Shown: piece by piece, positions 24,536 to 37,000 of the stretch
How the letters are laid out: each line of letters starts with the position of its first letter
Numbering within the stretch: the stretch's first letter is position 1
Assembly (NCBI GenBank): GCA_000004985.1
Contig: GG738894.1
DNA: 64,000 nucleotides
Strand: one strand, 5' to 3'
DNA from: Naegleria gruberi
Lineage: Eukaryota
Made by a program: the position numbers and the translations under genes
Notes under the pieces: model-generated
The model's database searches: none
Told to the model about the DNA's origin: nothing
The model's input: the letters and a program-made list of their open reading frames with translations, nothing else

Positions 24536-25381
24536 ATGGACAATCGTTCAGCTTTTCTTGCCTCAGATTATTCAATTCTTCAACTTGTCCAAACAATGTT
24601 TCATGTCTTACTCCTCATAATTGCCAAAATACTTGATACACTATATAGCTCGTTTGTATTTGAGGTAGAGAGTATAAGCAACAATGGCTCCACCTCAATC
24701 ATAACAAATAGGAGAGGTAATTCTTCAGATAATATAACTGACGAAGACAATGATGATGAACCACCATTAAGCAAACAACACTCCAAGAGAGAACACATTA
24801 CATTTCAAACTCCTTCCTCTACACCATCATCGGATCTGAATCCAATCAGCAAACCTTCAAATCATCCATTAAGGCGAATGAGTAATTTGTTCTTCTTCAA
24901 CAATGACTCTATAGATACTAGGCTTGATGAATTAATAGATGATGATTCAATATTATGGAGGAAGAGAGCCATATCGGCGCCCTCTGATGTTTTGCCCAGC
25001 CCCTCAAACTCACCAGAAAGTAACACTAACAATGAGCAAAATGATAATATGATTTTAATTGAGGACACTCATAAACAATTATCAACATTGAACGAAGAAC
25101 AATATAGCGAACAACAACAACCAATTTTGACCACGAACGATGAGGCTCAACCAGCAATGAACATTATAGAAGAGCATTCTAGTAACAATTCAAAGAGAAG
25201 AGGATTCCTTACCAAATCATCTTCCACAAATACACCTCCTCAAAGAACAAAGCAAAAAACCTCCCCTACTACCAATGGATCATCATTTACTCCACCTCCT
25301 CTGGGAAAAGGCAATTCTTTTGTAGAGCTTCGAAAGCAATTAACAGAGTTTGAATTTCCAAAGAAAAAATCAGAGGATTAA
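24536..25381 (+). CDS. Hypothetical Ser/Asn/Thr-rich protein
   Basis: 281-aa ORF, low complexity after a hydrophobic N-terminal stretch. No domain recognised. Confidence 0.35.
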   Translation: MDNRSAFLASDYSILQLVQTMFHVLLLIIAKILDTLYSSFVFEVESISNNGSTSIITNRRGNSSDNITDEDNDDEPPLSKQHSKREHITFQTPSSTPSSDLNPISKPSNHPLRRMSNLFFFNNDSIDTRLDELIDDDSILWRKRAISAPSDVLPSPSNSPESNTNNEQNDNMILIEDTHKQLSTLNEEQYSEQQQPILTTNDEAQPAMNIIEEHSSNNSKRRGFLTKSSSTNTPPQRTKQKTSPTTNGSSFTPPPLGKGNSFVELRKQLTEFEFPKKKSED

Positions 25382-25499
25382 ATTCAATTTTCAAAAAATC
25401 CTTATTCTCTTTCAGTTTCGTCAAGTTAGAGTTCCAATCCAGTTCCTTGTTCTTTGAAGTTTGAAATATAATTAAATTCAAAAAAATATCAATTATTCA

Positions 25500-26654
25500 A
25501 TGCAATACGATTCAGAAGAATTCATTCCTCCAGCCATTTCAATAGATATTGGTTCGGGTAGGTTTAAATGTGGCTTCTCTGGAGAAGAGGCTCCACTCTT
25601 TGACATGCCAACCATTTGTGGTAGAACTGCAACATCACCAATGCATTACTACAACGGTCACAGGACTACTGGCTACCAGGCTAAACCAGATAAACCCGAT
25701 GATAAATTCTTTGGTGAGGAGGTTCTCTTGCAAAGGAGTTACTTGACAATGAATTATTTCATTGAGAATGGAGTTGTAGTGAATTGGGATAATTATGAAT
25801 ATGCAATGCATCACATGCTCTATAAGAAAATGAAAGTTGAACCAGAATGTCATCCAGTGATATTGAATAGCCTGCCTCATAATCCAAGGGCTGATAAGGA
25901 AAAAGCAACACAGATCATGTTTGAAACATTCAATATACCAGCCATTTATTTTGCAAATTCAGCACAAATGGCATTGTTTGCCTCGGGGAGAACTTTTGGA
26001 GTTTCATTATTGTGTGGTGATGGAGTTTCATTGGTAGCTCCATTCACAGATGATCTCCGTGCCAACGATGTTTATAGAATGAATTTTGGTGGAAGAGATT
26101 TGAATGATTACTTATTGAAATTGGTCATGTCGAGAGGAAAATGTTCATTGACAGAATTTATTGGAAGGGAAGTCATGAGGGAAATTAAGGAAAGTGGCTA
26201 TTTCACATGTGACACCTCTGAGAAGATAACGAAAAAGTATTTTACTTTACCTGATGGATCCAGGATTGTCATGGAGGAGGAATTATTGGAATGTACAGAA
26301 CCATTATTTAATGTTGAATTGATTTCATCGAGTTTTCAATTTTCTGGTTTGCACGAAATGTTAAATCATTCCATTTCTAACATGCCAATTGAATATAGAA
26401 AAGATCTTTATTCGAATATAGTTCTCTCAGGAGGAACAACACTTTTCAATGGATTTAAGAAGAGATTGGAAAGTGAAATGGATTCCATCTCAAAATCAAA
26501 ACTTTCCATTATTGCTCCTTCTCAAAGAAACCATTCCATTTGGTTAGGTCAATCAATCTATAGCTCCCTAGAATCATTTCAATCCATATGGAAAACAAAG
26601 GAAGAATATGATGAATCGGGTCCAGGTGTTGTGTCACGAAGGCCTTGTTGGTAA
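25500..26654 (+). CDS. Actin-related protein (divergent actin-family ATPase)
   Basis: 384-aa ORF with actin-fold signatures: ISIDIGSGRFKCGFSGEEAP (cf. actin VVDNGSGMCKAGFAGDDAP), ETFNIPAIYFANSAQMALFASGRTFGVSL, NIVLSGGTTLFNGFKKRLESEM, IIAPSQRNHSIWLGQSIYSSLESFQSIW. Confidence 0.75.
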   Translation: MQYDSEEFIPPAISIDIGSGRFKCGFSGEEAPLFDMPTICGRTATSPMHYYNGHRTTGYQAKPDKPDDKFFGEEVLLQRSYLTMNYFIENGVVVNWDNYEYAMHHMLYKKMKVEPECHPVILNSLPHNPRADKEKATQIMFETFNIPAIYFANSAQMALFASGRTFGVSLLCGDGVSLVAPFTDDLRANDVYRMNFGGRDLNDYLLKLVMSRGKCSLTEFIGREVMREIKESGYFTCDTSEKITKKYFTLPDGSRIVMEEELLECTEPLFNVELISSSFQFSGLHEMLNHSISNMPIEYRKDLYSNIVLSGGTTLFNGFKKRLESEMDSISKSKLSIIAPSQRNHSIWLGQSIYSSLESFQSIWKTKEEYDESGPGVVSRRPCW

Positions 26655-27301
26655 AACAAGGTGCAACTTATTCTTGCCATATATTCTACAAAATCAGTAT
26701 TATCCTTACAGTAGTGATGATTGTAATTATGCAAGAAGGTAGTTGTCTTGCTCTCTTTATAGTGTAATTAGTGCCACGTTTGGTAGAGCAAGAATGGACC
26801 AAGGAAACAAAATACATTCGAAACAAGCCTATTGACTTTACCTCAATCAAAAAAAATTTTATTTCAGTGTAGCTGATCCCAATAGGATCATGAGGTATTA
26901 TCTTGAATTAAGAGAACCTCAATCAAAAAAAATGTTTTACTTCCTCATTAGCATGATCATGATTGTGTGGATCAATATTTCCATACAGCATTTCTTTATC
27001 CGAATCAGCGATATGTATCTGGGCTCTTTCTTTTCTGAAATCGTACCATGAAGAATTTCCAATAACACAATCCACCCATGAGGTTTGTTAACAACAAACT
27101 CAAAAATCAAAACAAGCCTTTTCATTACTTTCATCAATTCATCCATCAGAGAAGAAGTAAATAATCAAGTAGCAGAGAGAACAACAAATGAACATGTTCT
27201 TTAAATAGCCTTCATCAATTTAAAAAACCAAATAAAAAAACAAATCAAACTCATCAACAGCACCTACACCCACATATAATTTTTCATCACATATTATCAT
27301 C

Positions 27302-28036
27302 ATGTATATGCATAACTTGAGTAGAGTTATTACAATAATTCCAAATGATTCTGTGGAATTATTGTCGAATAATAGTAGTAATATCACGAATCAAAGTGCT
27401 ATTTCTGCTACTACCATTAATAATGGTGGAAATGTAATAAATAATGATGATTCGGATATTGATACATTGGTGGATGAAATTGTAAATGGAGAACAAGTGG
27501 ATGAATACTTTTTTAATTGTGCAGGTTTAATTTCGAATTTGGAATATGTTAAACAAGTGATAGAAAAGAAGAAAACTGGAAATTTGATTGATTTGGTTTG
27601 TTTCACATATGAATTTTTTATTGGAATGTTTTTGTGTTTTGGATATTTTTGAAAATAATTGAAAAATAGATGGGTAGGAATATATTACATCATGCCTGTA
27701 AATGGGGAAACTTGAATATTGTCCAATATGCCATTTCGAAAGGAGTTTCGGTTAATTTGAAAGATATCCATGGAAACACTCCAATTCACTTTTGTTGTGA
27801 GGAAGGTTATACTGATATTGTGACGTGTTTACTTCATCATCCAAATATTAAAGCAACATTGAAGAATAAGGTAAGAACAATCTCATTTCCATAACTAATA
27901 ATTCTTATGAAACCTTTCGAATAATTCTAAAATTTAGGACGGTGCAACACCAAAGAGAAAGGCTCAATATTCTGGCTATTCAAACGTAGTTCTCTTACTG
28001 GAAAGATATTTGGGCAATATTTATGTAAGTTGTTGA
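27302..28036 (+). CDS. Ankyrin-repeat protein (3 exons)
   Basis: Exons 27302..27595, 27670..27870, 27938..28036. The 74-nt and 67-nt introns start with GTTTGT and GTAAGA. The joined product has ANK repeats (GRNILHHACKWGNLNIVQYAISKGVSVNLKDIHGNTPIHFCCEEGYTDIVTCLLHH, DGATPKRKAQYSGYSNVVLLLERYLG). The 3' end is less certain: an alternative GTAAGT donor lies at 28025. Confidence 0.65.
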
Positions 28037-28382
28037 ATATTTTCACAAATTTCGTTTCGAACTATTTTCATTAGCTGTTTAAGGAAAATTTGAAAAATCA
28101 AGTAATTGATGTTGAGGAAACTTATTCCAACTACAAATTGAGTGATATTTCAATAAGGATAGTTGATTAAAAATTTAATTACCCTTTGATCTTATTTATT
28201 GTAAAAACATTACAATGAAGAGTTTCATTCTCCCAGAAGGGAAATATTGAAAAAATCTTTTTCCACTGACCACAGTATTGTTGTAATCAAGATCAGAGCG
28301 AACTCTAAAAGTCCATTGAATATATCGCCACCACCTTTCATCTTGTGAAAAATAATATCATCACAAAAAAACGAGTTTAGAG

Positions 28383-31300
28383 ATGGTTATTATTCGAAAG
28401 GTTTACTTGTCTAAACCTTGGTGGTTATTTGTGCTACTGTTTAGCTGCATCGTTTTCACAATACACAACAACAACCTTGTTCATTCTAAATCGCCTTCTC
28501 TATACATTCCACAAGTTTCGGATACAAGCCAGACTAATAACATTCCATCTTCTCTATCATCAACAAGTTCCACCTCATCGGATAAATGTAAAACAACTAA
28601 TCCCTTCATATTTTCCCTTCCTACACCATTCTTTCACTGGGCAGAATCGGATTTCAATAACATTGGTTCGAAAGCTTTTTATGAAAATAATTGTTTACAA
28701 ATTGAACAAGTAAATAGATATAATGGATATATTCCATATGATCAAGTCAAGAAATCTCTCACCACCACTTCGACAACATCTAATATTGCAGAATTTTTAA
28801 TCATTGACGATTATTCACTTTTCAAATTGTGGAAAGACAATATTACAAACTTCAAGCTCATTTCACAATTTGCCAAATCAACGAATCTAATTCTAATGTC
28901 CAAGAAGGAAAAACAAATTACATCGATGAGAGATTTGAAAAATAAGAAGGTTGCTGTTTGTCAACATCATTTGGAATATTTGATTTATGAATTATATAAA
29001 CTAGGAATGAGTTTGAGTGATATTAAATATGAGATTGTAAATTATGACCTCATGTATATGAGGGTTTTATATGAAGATATTGATGCATACTTTGTGGATG
29101 ATCGATACATTTTCACACAAGTGAGAAAGACAACTACAACTCTTTATTATCCTAGAGAGTTTAATATTATTGAATCATCACTCAATTATACAAAGGATGG
29201 AATCAACATGTTCAGATATGGTATTATTGTGAAAGATAATCCAAGTGTTAGTGGGCTTGAAGAAATTACAAGAAGATTCTTACTGACACAAACTCAAATG
29301 TACACCTTTTGTAGAGATAATCCTTTGGAGTGTTTTGAAAGATGGGTCGTCTATGATTACATGATTGATAATTTGAACAATTTATTGTGGCCTTCTATTG
29401 ATGGTTTTGGAAATATTAGTAGAGTTTCAATTACAAATTCAATGTCTATATATTTGGGAAGAAATCCAACTTCAACAGAATCAAAAATATTTATCAACCA
29501 GTTTGTCAATTCAACCATAATGGATGAGATTATTTCGAATTGTACTGATAATTTGTGTACAGGCATAGATGGATCTGTATTGAATATTACAGGACTTGCC
29601 TATTCAGATGCAACTCCAACATTTTGTGAGGATTACATATTCCCATATCCACTCTCTTGTAAGAGATATTACTTGTACTTTAGATTGTACTGCTCATTTG
29701 TTCCATTCCTTATTGGTTCCCTAATTAATTTGATATTTGCTGTCATTGTTCCATTCATGAGAAGTGAACACTTGATGAAGCATCGTTTCATAGCCCCATT
29801 TGTAACACCAGTTTGCTTTTCAGGATTTTTACTCTTCTCTGCTATATTATTTTGCAGGTTTTCCTATTTTCCTGAGAATGTCATTTACGGTTTGGCAAGT
29901 GCCTGTATCGTTACAGTTATTATTACACGTTCCATGAATGTGATTCGTTACTTTTATGTGAGAAATATGTTCAAGCTCATGAAAAAGAGGAATAAGAATG
30001 AAAATAATGGATCAGCATACAATTTCTCAATGAAAGAAGATAAGGAAGTATTGGATAGGAATATTCGGTTTCACAGAGTTGCAGCATCCAAATTGGTCTT
30101 TGTTATTATTTGGATAGTACTGGTAGTACTTATTGCTCCGTCATTTTTCATAGCTCAATACTATGCTCCGGAGAATTATATTATAAGAAATGGAATTTCC
30201 ATTATTGTCTATGTATTGGCAACATTTTTCATGGTTTTCCTCTTTATTTTTGATTTGATTGTTAATAGAAAGAGATTGAAAAAGAGAGGTTTCATTTCCT
30301 TCATTCTATTCGACGATCCACTATTGTACAGATTGGAATTATTATTGTGTGGGTTTGAATTGATTTCAATTGTTTGGATTTCTCTCAGTGATTACTATGT
30401 CTATAACATTGCTGCCTTCTCTGCACAAGCTGTTGGTTTCCTTTCTTTGGGCCTTTCTGGTGCTGTAACATGGTCTTATGGATTTGCAGCAGCTGTCATT
30501 CTCTATAGACGTGGCAAGAAGTTTATCATGTCCAAAGTTTATAGAAGAAGAGCAATGAAAAGTAATTCAAACCTCTCTACAGAATTGAGTGGAAGTGCAA
30601 TCCAAGCTGATTTCTTGGAAAAGTTAATTGAAAATGATGATTTTTATTCTCTTCTTGAAGGTATGTTATAGATTGAATAGTTACGAATTTAATGCTTGTA
30701 TAGATTATGCTAAGAAGGAATTCTCATCGGAAAATCTCTTCCTTTACAATGTAAGTTTTCATTAACTCAATCCTCATTTACATGTTCAATCTTTTTGGCA
30801 ATAGATACTGAGACAATATAGAAAAAGGAGAGAACTCTACATTTCGGATTTACTGTTCATTTACAATAATTATGTAAAGAATTATTCACCATTTGAAGTG
30901 AACGTCTCCTCTGAAACTAAGAAGAGCGTTAGAGAAATTCTCTACACTTACCATATGATTGAGTCAGCAACTTCTAAAGACAGATTCTCTAAAAGAATCA
31001 CCCAATTTCCAACAGATATTTTCCCAAATTATGATTCATTCTCGGGAGCTACTCCTTATCAGGCCTTTGATGATGTTCATTCATCGCCAAAACTTGCAAG
31101 TAAGGCGACCATGCCACCTTCATTTCAGAATAACAACTCTCCAATGATGGGTCGATTTAAAGATAGTTTCAGAAAGCTATCATCTGTTTCAGATAGTGAA
31201 GCAAGTAGGGGGGATGATCTTGTTGGAGATGACGCAGATATAGGATCAGATCAAAGCAGAACTCCTAGAAGAAGTACTGTAAGTGGAGGGGGACCAGTTA

Positions 31301-31449
31301 TTCCATTCAATCAAATTCAAGCACTTTACAATGATGTTACACAGAATGTTATGGATACTTTCAGTAGATTATGTGAAACGAGTGAATATCAGCAATGGGA
31401 ATCCCTTAATAATATGGCATTGTTCATCTCCAATAAGGAATTGGCTTGA
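28383..31449 (+). CDS. Solute-binding-protein-like ectodomain + multi-TM + C-terminal RGS domain receptor (3 exons)
   Basis: Exons 28383..30660, 30704..30750, 30805..31449; the two introns begin GTATGT and GTAAGT. N-terminal signal/TM segment. The ectodomain resembles bacterial SsuA/NMT1-type periplasmic binding proteins (RDLKNKKVAVCQHHLEYLIYELYKLGMSLSDIKYEIVNYD...DIDAYFVDD). At least 7 hydrophobic helices lie between ~29650 and 30480. The RGS hallmark spans the introns (DYAKKEFSSENLFLYN|ILRQYRK..., SPFEVNVSSETKKSVREI). Confidence 0.75.
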
Positions 31450-31587
31450 GATAAAAAGTGCTTTGCTCATTTGTAAAATGATAAGCTGAGACACCTTTCT
31501 TTACCCAAATAATGGGCTGGACTCATTTTGTTCTGAGATACGCTTTATCTTAAAGAAATTTTTTTAAAAGTGAATAAAAAGTTTAAT

Positions 31588-31660
31588 CGCCCCACGTGGG
31601 GCTCGAACCCACGACCGTTGGATTAAAAGTCCAACGCTCTACCGACTGAGCTAGCAGGGC
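31588..31660 (-). tRNA. tRNA-Lys (anticodon UUU)
   Basis: The reverse complement GCCCTGCTAGCTCAGTCGGTAGAGCGTTGGACTTTTAATCCAACGGTCGTGGGTTCGAGCCCCACGTGGGGCG folds as a cloverleaf. The acceptor stem has 7 bp including 2 G-U pairs. D-loop AGTCGGTA, anticodon loop CTTTTAA, T-arm GTGGGTTCGAGCCCCAC, discriminator G, 73 nt. It closely matches eukaryotic tRNA-Lys-UUU. Confidence 0.9.
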
Positions 31661-31863
31661 TGCTCGTATTTGACATAAAATGTTTTTTCATGAAAATAAC
31701 AAGCGAGATTTTCATTATATGAACAATGAACATCCTCCTTGTTTGTTGATGTCACCAAGCAAATGAACCTTCGTGGCCAAATAAATCCACCACAAGAAAT
31801 TCACCTTTTTCTCAATCCAAAAAAAATAGATTTAAAACAATCCATATATTTACAAACAGTAAA

Positions 31864-33315
31864 ATGTCAACACCAAACAACAAATTGTCAGTTCGTGTCG
31901 ATGGCAATCAAATTAGTTTCTACTCACCAAACGATCCCGATGATAATATCATCATTACCTTCCATAGAACTTTACGTATACCTGATGATGGTAAGATTTA
32001 TCCTCTGCCACCATCATTAGGTAATTTCCCTGTAAAGAGAGTTGATGATTATCTTGATAGAGTTCCTGAAAAGTGGAAAAAGACAGGTGGTATATTTATT
32101 CCACTCTATCAACGTGAAGCCATGTGGATGGAATTCCTAAATGTAAGCTCTGAACATCCTCATGCTTTGAAGGTTGCAGTTGGTAAAGTGAATGCTTTGA
32201 GTGGTGAAATGTGGGATGAAGAAATGAAGGACAGATCTGTTCAGGATTATGTAGTAACTCCATTGCAACCATGGTTGGATGGTATTAATAGTGGAGATGG
32301 AACCATTAAACAATTCATTGCCATGCCACTCGGACAAGGATACACTGTCGAATCTCAAGTCACTGGTGAGGATAAAGTAGGAGGTGCTCAAATTATCTGT
32401 TTCAATCCAAATGAACAAAAGAGAAAGAGACAATTTGCTCCACAAGAACCAGTCAGAAGTGTTCCTCAACAACCAAAACCAATTTATCAACCACAAGTTT
32501 TATTCACACCACCTTCAATGACTTCTCCTCCTCCTCCTACTTCTTTTGGATTCTCAATGGTTTCACCTCAACCACCACAGGGTTATCAACAACATTCTGT
32601 TGTGCCATGTTGTGAATTAGTCAACTTGGGTTCATATGAAAAACAAGCTTGTGACTCTATTCAATCTCTTTCCTTTGATTGTTGTGAAAGTGAGGAATCC
32701 TATGCTCCTCCATCTGCTCCATCTTATCAAAATTCATACTCTTCACAACCATCATCATCATCATCTTTAGTATCTGATTTATTCTGTGCAACAACCTCTT
32801 CAACAGCCACCACTTTATCCAAACCACCATCAAATAGTGCACCAAAGATGAGGAAATCAAGCGATTCAAAATCTGAAAGAAAGAAAGAAAATTCATCAGT
32901 ACCTTCTTCTGTTAAGGCTCAAGAATTGGGTCTTGCATCAGGAGGTAAAATGAAACAACAAATCATTGAAGATCCATATGGAGCTGAATTCTGGGACGTC
33001 TCCACCAAGGCAAGAGTTTTCATCCACATTGTAAATAGTGAAATGTTTGCCCAAATTACTGGTGAATCTGTTCCACCAACTCCAATTTCTGCTCAAACCT
33101 ATTCCAGTTATAATTATCCTTGGTTTGATCACTACACTGAAAATGTTGGAACTATTGGAAAGAGTGAAATCTTGTCTGGAGTTAAGAGTGTCAAGCAAAT
33201 CGATGAAGAAAAGTACGCATGGTCACAACAAGATGATTCCACAGTCAAAATCAATAATGTTGTGACACACAAGGAAACATTTGATAAGAATAGTGTTAGA
33301 GATGGAGATTGGTAA
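31864..33315 (+). CDS. Conserved hypothetical protein (structured N- and C-terminal regions flanking a Pro/Ser-rich linker)
   Basis: 483-aa ORF. N-terminal region ITFHRTLRIPDDGKIYPLPPSLGNFPV...GGIFIPLYQREAMWMEF. The linker is Pro/Ser-rich (PPPPTSFGF...SSSSSLVS). The C-terminal region IEDPYGAEFWDV...YPWFDHYTEN partly echoes the N-terminal motifs. No family assigned. Confidence 0.5.
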   Translation: MSTPNNKLSVRVDGNQISFYSPNDPDDNIIITFHRTLRIPDDGKIYPLPPSLGNFPVKRVDDYLDRVPEKWKKTGGIFIPLYQREAMWMEFLNVSSEHPHALKVAVGKVNALSGEMWDEEMKDRSVQDYVVTPLQPWLDGINSGDGTIKQFIAMPLGQGYTVESQVTGEDKVGGAQIICFNPNEQKRKRQFAPQEPVRSVPQQPKPIYQPQVLFTPPSMTSPPPPTSFGFSMVSPQPPQGYQQHSVVPCCELVNLGSYEKQACDSIQSLSFDCCESEESYAPPSAPSYQNSYSSQPSSSSSLVSDLFCATTSSTATTLSKPPSNSAPKMRKSSDSKSERKKENSSVPSSVKAQELGLASGGKMKQQIIEDPYGAEFWDVSTKARVFIHIVNSEMFAQITGESVPPTPISAQTYSSYNYPWFDHYTENVGTIGKSEILSGVKSVKQIDEEKYAWSQQDDSTVKINNVVTHKETFDKNSVRDGDW

Positions 33316-34085
33316 ATGTAAATTATTAAAAACTATGTAATATGTAATTAAGATTAAATTTGTAGGTTGTTTCTTATTTCTAGATATCTCAATTATAGTT
33401 TGGAGTCTTTGAAACAACTTGTATACCGTTGAACAATTCCTCATTCGTTTCAAGGAAGTACATTCTTCGACGAAGAGATATCTACTTTAGTACATTTCAG
33501 TTATTCTTACAAAAGCTATCCTTTCCACTATTCTACTTTAAAATCCAGCAGTGCTTACTTTGAACACCAACAATATTTTATCTGCTTAATACAACCTCTC
33601 CTCTTGGCCTAGGTCATGTTGTGTATTCTGCTTAAAACACTCCAAGGTACAATTTGGTAAAATTCCTTCCAAAATAGCAACTAGGGGACTTTTTACAAAC
33701 AAGGTATCGGTAAAGAGTCCACTCCAATATTCAAGCAAACTTGGAACTGCAGTAAAGGTAGTGTATTGCATCTGGAGCAGGACAGTGTCGCAACTTGGAT
33801 TAACACTACAAACTACACACCTCAGAAAGATACTAAAGCAAGAAATGAGCTAAAACAAAAAATTAGTGTGAAACAAAAAACATGTGCGACGAGAAAAGCA
33901 AGCCAAAAAGAATCGTTTCCTAATCCTTGCTTTAGGTGCGAATAGATTGTAGTGCATGGATATCACGAAGCCCTCCAGGCAAGTCATTTGCTTGTCTATC
34001 CAACAAACGACGAGCACCTTACTTTGACATGATCCTCAACACACACCTCCCTCTCTATTTTATTTGTTAACCACCCTTAAACAAA

Positions 34086-37000
34086 ATGCCTCAAAGTAGA
34101 ACAATTACACCAAATTTTCCCTCCATCAACATGTTCCTATTTCATCGAGAACCGTACTTTTTAGATTCGAGTGAGGATAAAAATCGTATTCAAATCAACA
34201 ACAAGAACAATAATAGGGATGATGGAGAAGCAAAAACAATATTAAGGATGAGAAGTTTGGATGAAACTGTGCGGGATGATGATACGCATTCTTCTTCAAT
34301 ACATCATCAAGAAGCCTTGGAACATGTTTTTGGTAAGACAAGAACATCTTCCGCTACAACGAGAACAGTATCACAAAATTCAAGGAATACTAATTATTTT
34401 AATGCTAATACAATAGCAAAAAGCGAGAATAACAACAACTACAAGAAAAACCTTATTAATCACCTGATAATATTATTATTAATTACACTCTTAGTTGTAC
34501 TTCCAACCTTTGTAGAGTGCCTACATCCATTCGCCACATACAATTGGAACAATGATGATGAGATTTGGTTTGCTCAGTCGGCACCATTTTCTGGCCCTAG
34601 TAGCACAATTGGGACAGGTAAGTAGTATCAACATGTAAATGTTCTATAGTGAGTACTTTAATTAGAATTGAGAAATGGAATATTAGCTGCTTTTAATGAA
34701 ATCAACTCTGTTGGAGGTATATTCGGAAAGAAGAAGCTGAGATTGATCAGTATGGACGATGGCTATGAACCACCCAATACAGTTCGCAACATTAATAATT
34801 TTCTGAATGGAAACAAGACAATATTTGGATTTATTGGAGTGGTAGGCTCACCCACTATTCTTGCAGCCTATGATTTGGTAGTGTCGTCTGGTCTTCCTCT
34901 GATTGGAAGTTACACAGGAGCTACATTTTTGAGACAGCCCTTTCATGCAAATTTTGTAAACATTAGACCATCATACTATGATGAAACAGCTGCAATTATG
35001 GATGTATTGATTGGAAAAAACATGGCGAGGAAAATATCAGTCCTTCATCAAGATGATCCTTTTGGAATTAATGGATATGAAGGAGTTAAACGTATACTTG
35101 ACCATATGGGAATTCCAATGTGTTCATCAGGAAGTTATCAAAGAAACACACTCAACGTTGAGGATGCATTCTACAAGATTGCAAAGTGTGATCCAGATGC
35201 TATTGTTGTAGTGGCACTGTATGCACCAGCAACAAAATTCATCAAAATGGTTACCAACTCGACCCTTTACCGAAAGGATATTTTATTTGCAGCAACCTCA
35301 ATAGCCAGCGATTTAATTGTAAAGGAGCTAGGCCCTGAAATTGCTCCAAGAGTTCTGTTTTCACAAGTTGCCCCTTCTCCAACAGATACATCCTCGACCC
35401 TTGTTAAATCTTTCATCACCGCAAGGAAATCAATAGATTCTAATTTTACACAAGGTACATTTATTGAAATAGAGGGATATATTGCTGGAAAAATGACGTA
35501 TCACTTGCTCCACAGAATAATTGGATACATGTCCCCCAGTAACATGCTGACTAATCTTTACTATTCACAAGAAGTTATGTTTGACAATTTGAAATTAGGA
35601 CCATTCTCTTCAGTGTCTGTCAAGGATCCTGTTTACCTTATTCAAACAAATTTTTCCACTCAATTTGATTGCAATCAAGGCTCAAAATCAGTTTGGAGGA
35701 CGAAAGCTGATTCTAACTTGAATTTCTATAATTATGCACCTCCATTTTCATGGTACACTTCTGGCACATGTATTTCAACCCCAGGCGATGTCATCAATCC
35801 AATTTTATTAGCACAACTTGTTTATAACAATCTAGGATCTTCTAATACCTATCTCACTAACGGAATTAAAGCCGCCTTATCCACTGCATATGTCCAGGGA
35901 AGACCTATACATCTACTAACTCGCACTTACTCAGATTTCCAATCTCTTATTTCCACCACTCAAGATCTCGTTGAAAACTACTATATTACTGCATTGGTTG
36001 GATCTTCTGGATTGGGAGAAGTTATTAGTTTAAATACTTCCTCTATTGATCTATTCAGAGAGATATTTAAAACATCCTTCCCACATATTCCTCTGATTGG
36101 AAGTGTAGTTGACAATCCGTCAATCATGTCAACAACTGGTTCGTTGTTTATCCCATCCATGGTAAACATTAGAAGTACAATCATTGAGGAAATTGGAACT
36201 TTGCTTCAACATGCATTCAAAAGAGGAGTTACCAGAATATCAATAGTGAACTGTCCTGCATACGTCCATATCAACAAAATTTTCAAACTTTTAATGTCAA
36301 AATTGCAACTAACAATTGAGAGTGAGCATGGATGCTCAGATACCATTCTTTTCGATAGCATCTCGATAAACCCACAAGTGGTTCTAGTAGCATGTGCATC
36401 TGCCATTCTCCCTGGAACTCTTTTAAAGTTGGATGCAAGTAGTAATCTTAGACAAGATGCATTGTTTTTTGTTTTGGAAGAGAAGAAAAAGCTAGTCTTG
36501 TCAAGCCTTGAGAGTGGACCTAAAGGTGTACAAAGACCTATCTTATATAGTTCTTCATTCCCAGATCCAAAAATCTCGGCCGTAACCATTGTTTCAAGAT
36601 TTAAATCAACTACACCGCCTCTAACAGATCTTTCTGGGTATTATTCTTCTGATTTGGCTCTTGAAGGATATTTTATTGGAGAGTTTGTTGGATCAATATT
36701 GGGATCAGTTGCAGATTCAGCACCCTCAATAACAGGTCAGGCAATTATTGACTTTATATACAAAAGTCAACAGATAGTGGTGAGAGACCAAAAGTATGGA
36801 TACTTTATTAGAGACAAGAAAAATTCATTGTGCAATATTGGGTCGAGAACAAGATTTCTATTCCAGATAAGAAATTGTTCAACCTCAATACTATCAACAA
36901 CAGGTTTCCAACAACAATCATGTTGTTTACAATCTGTTTTAGAGGATTCCAGTACCCTCAACTTTAGAAGACCAATGCAGTTCGTTAGATTCAAACCAGG

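Noticed and set aside
26937-27146. 69-aa minus-strand ORF in the spacer between the actin-related and ankyrin genes
   Set aside because: No domain and odd composition. An alternative frame is equally open. No splice-consistent extension was found.
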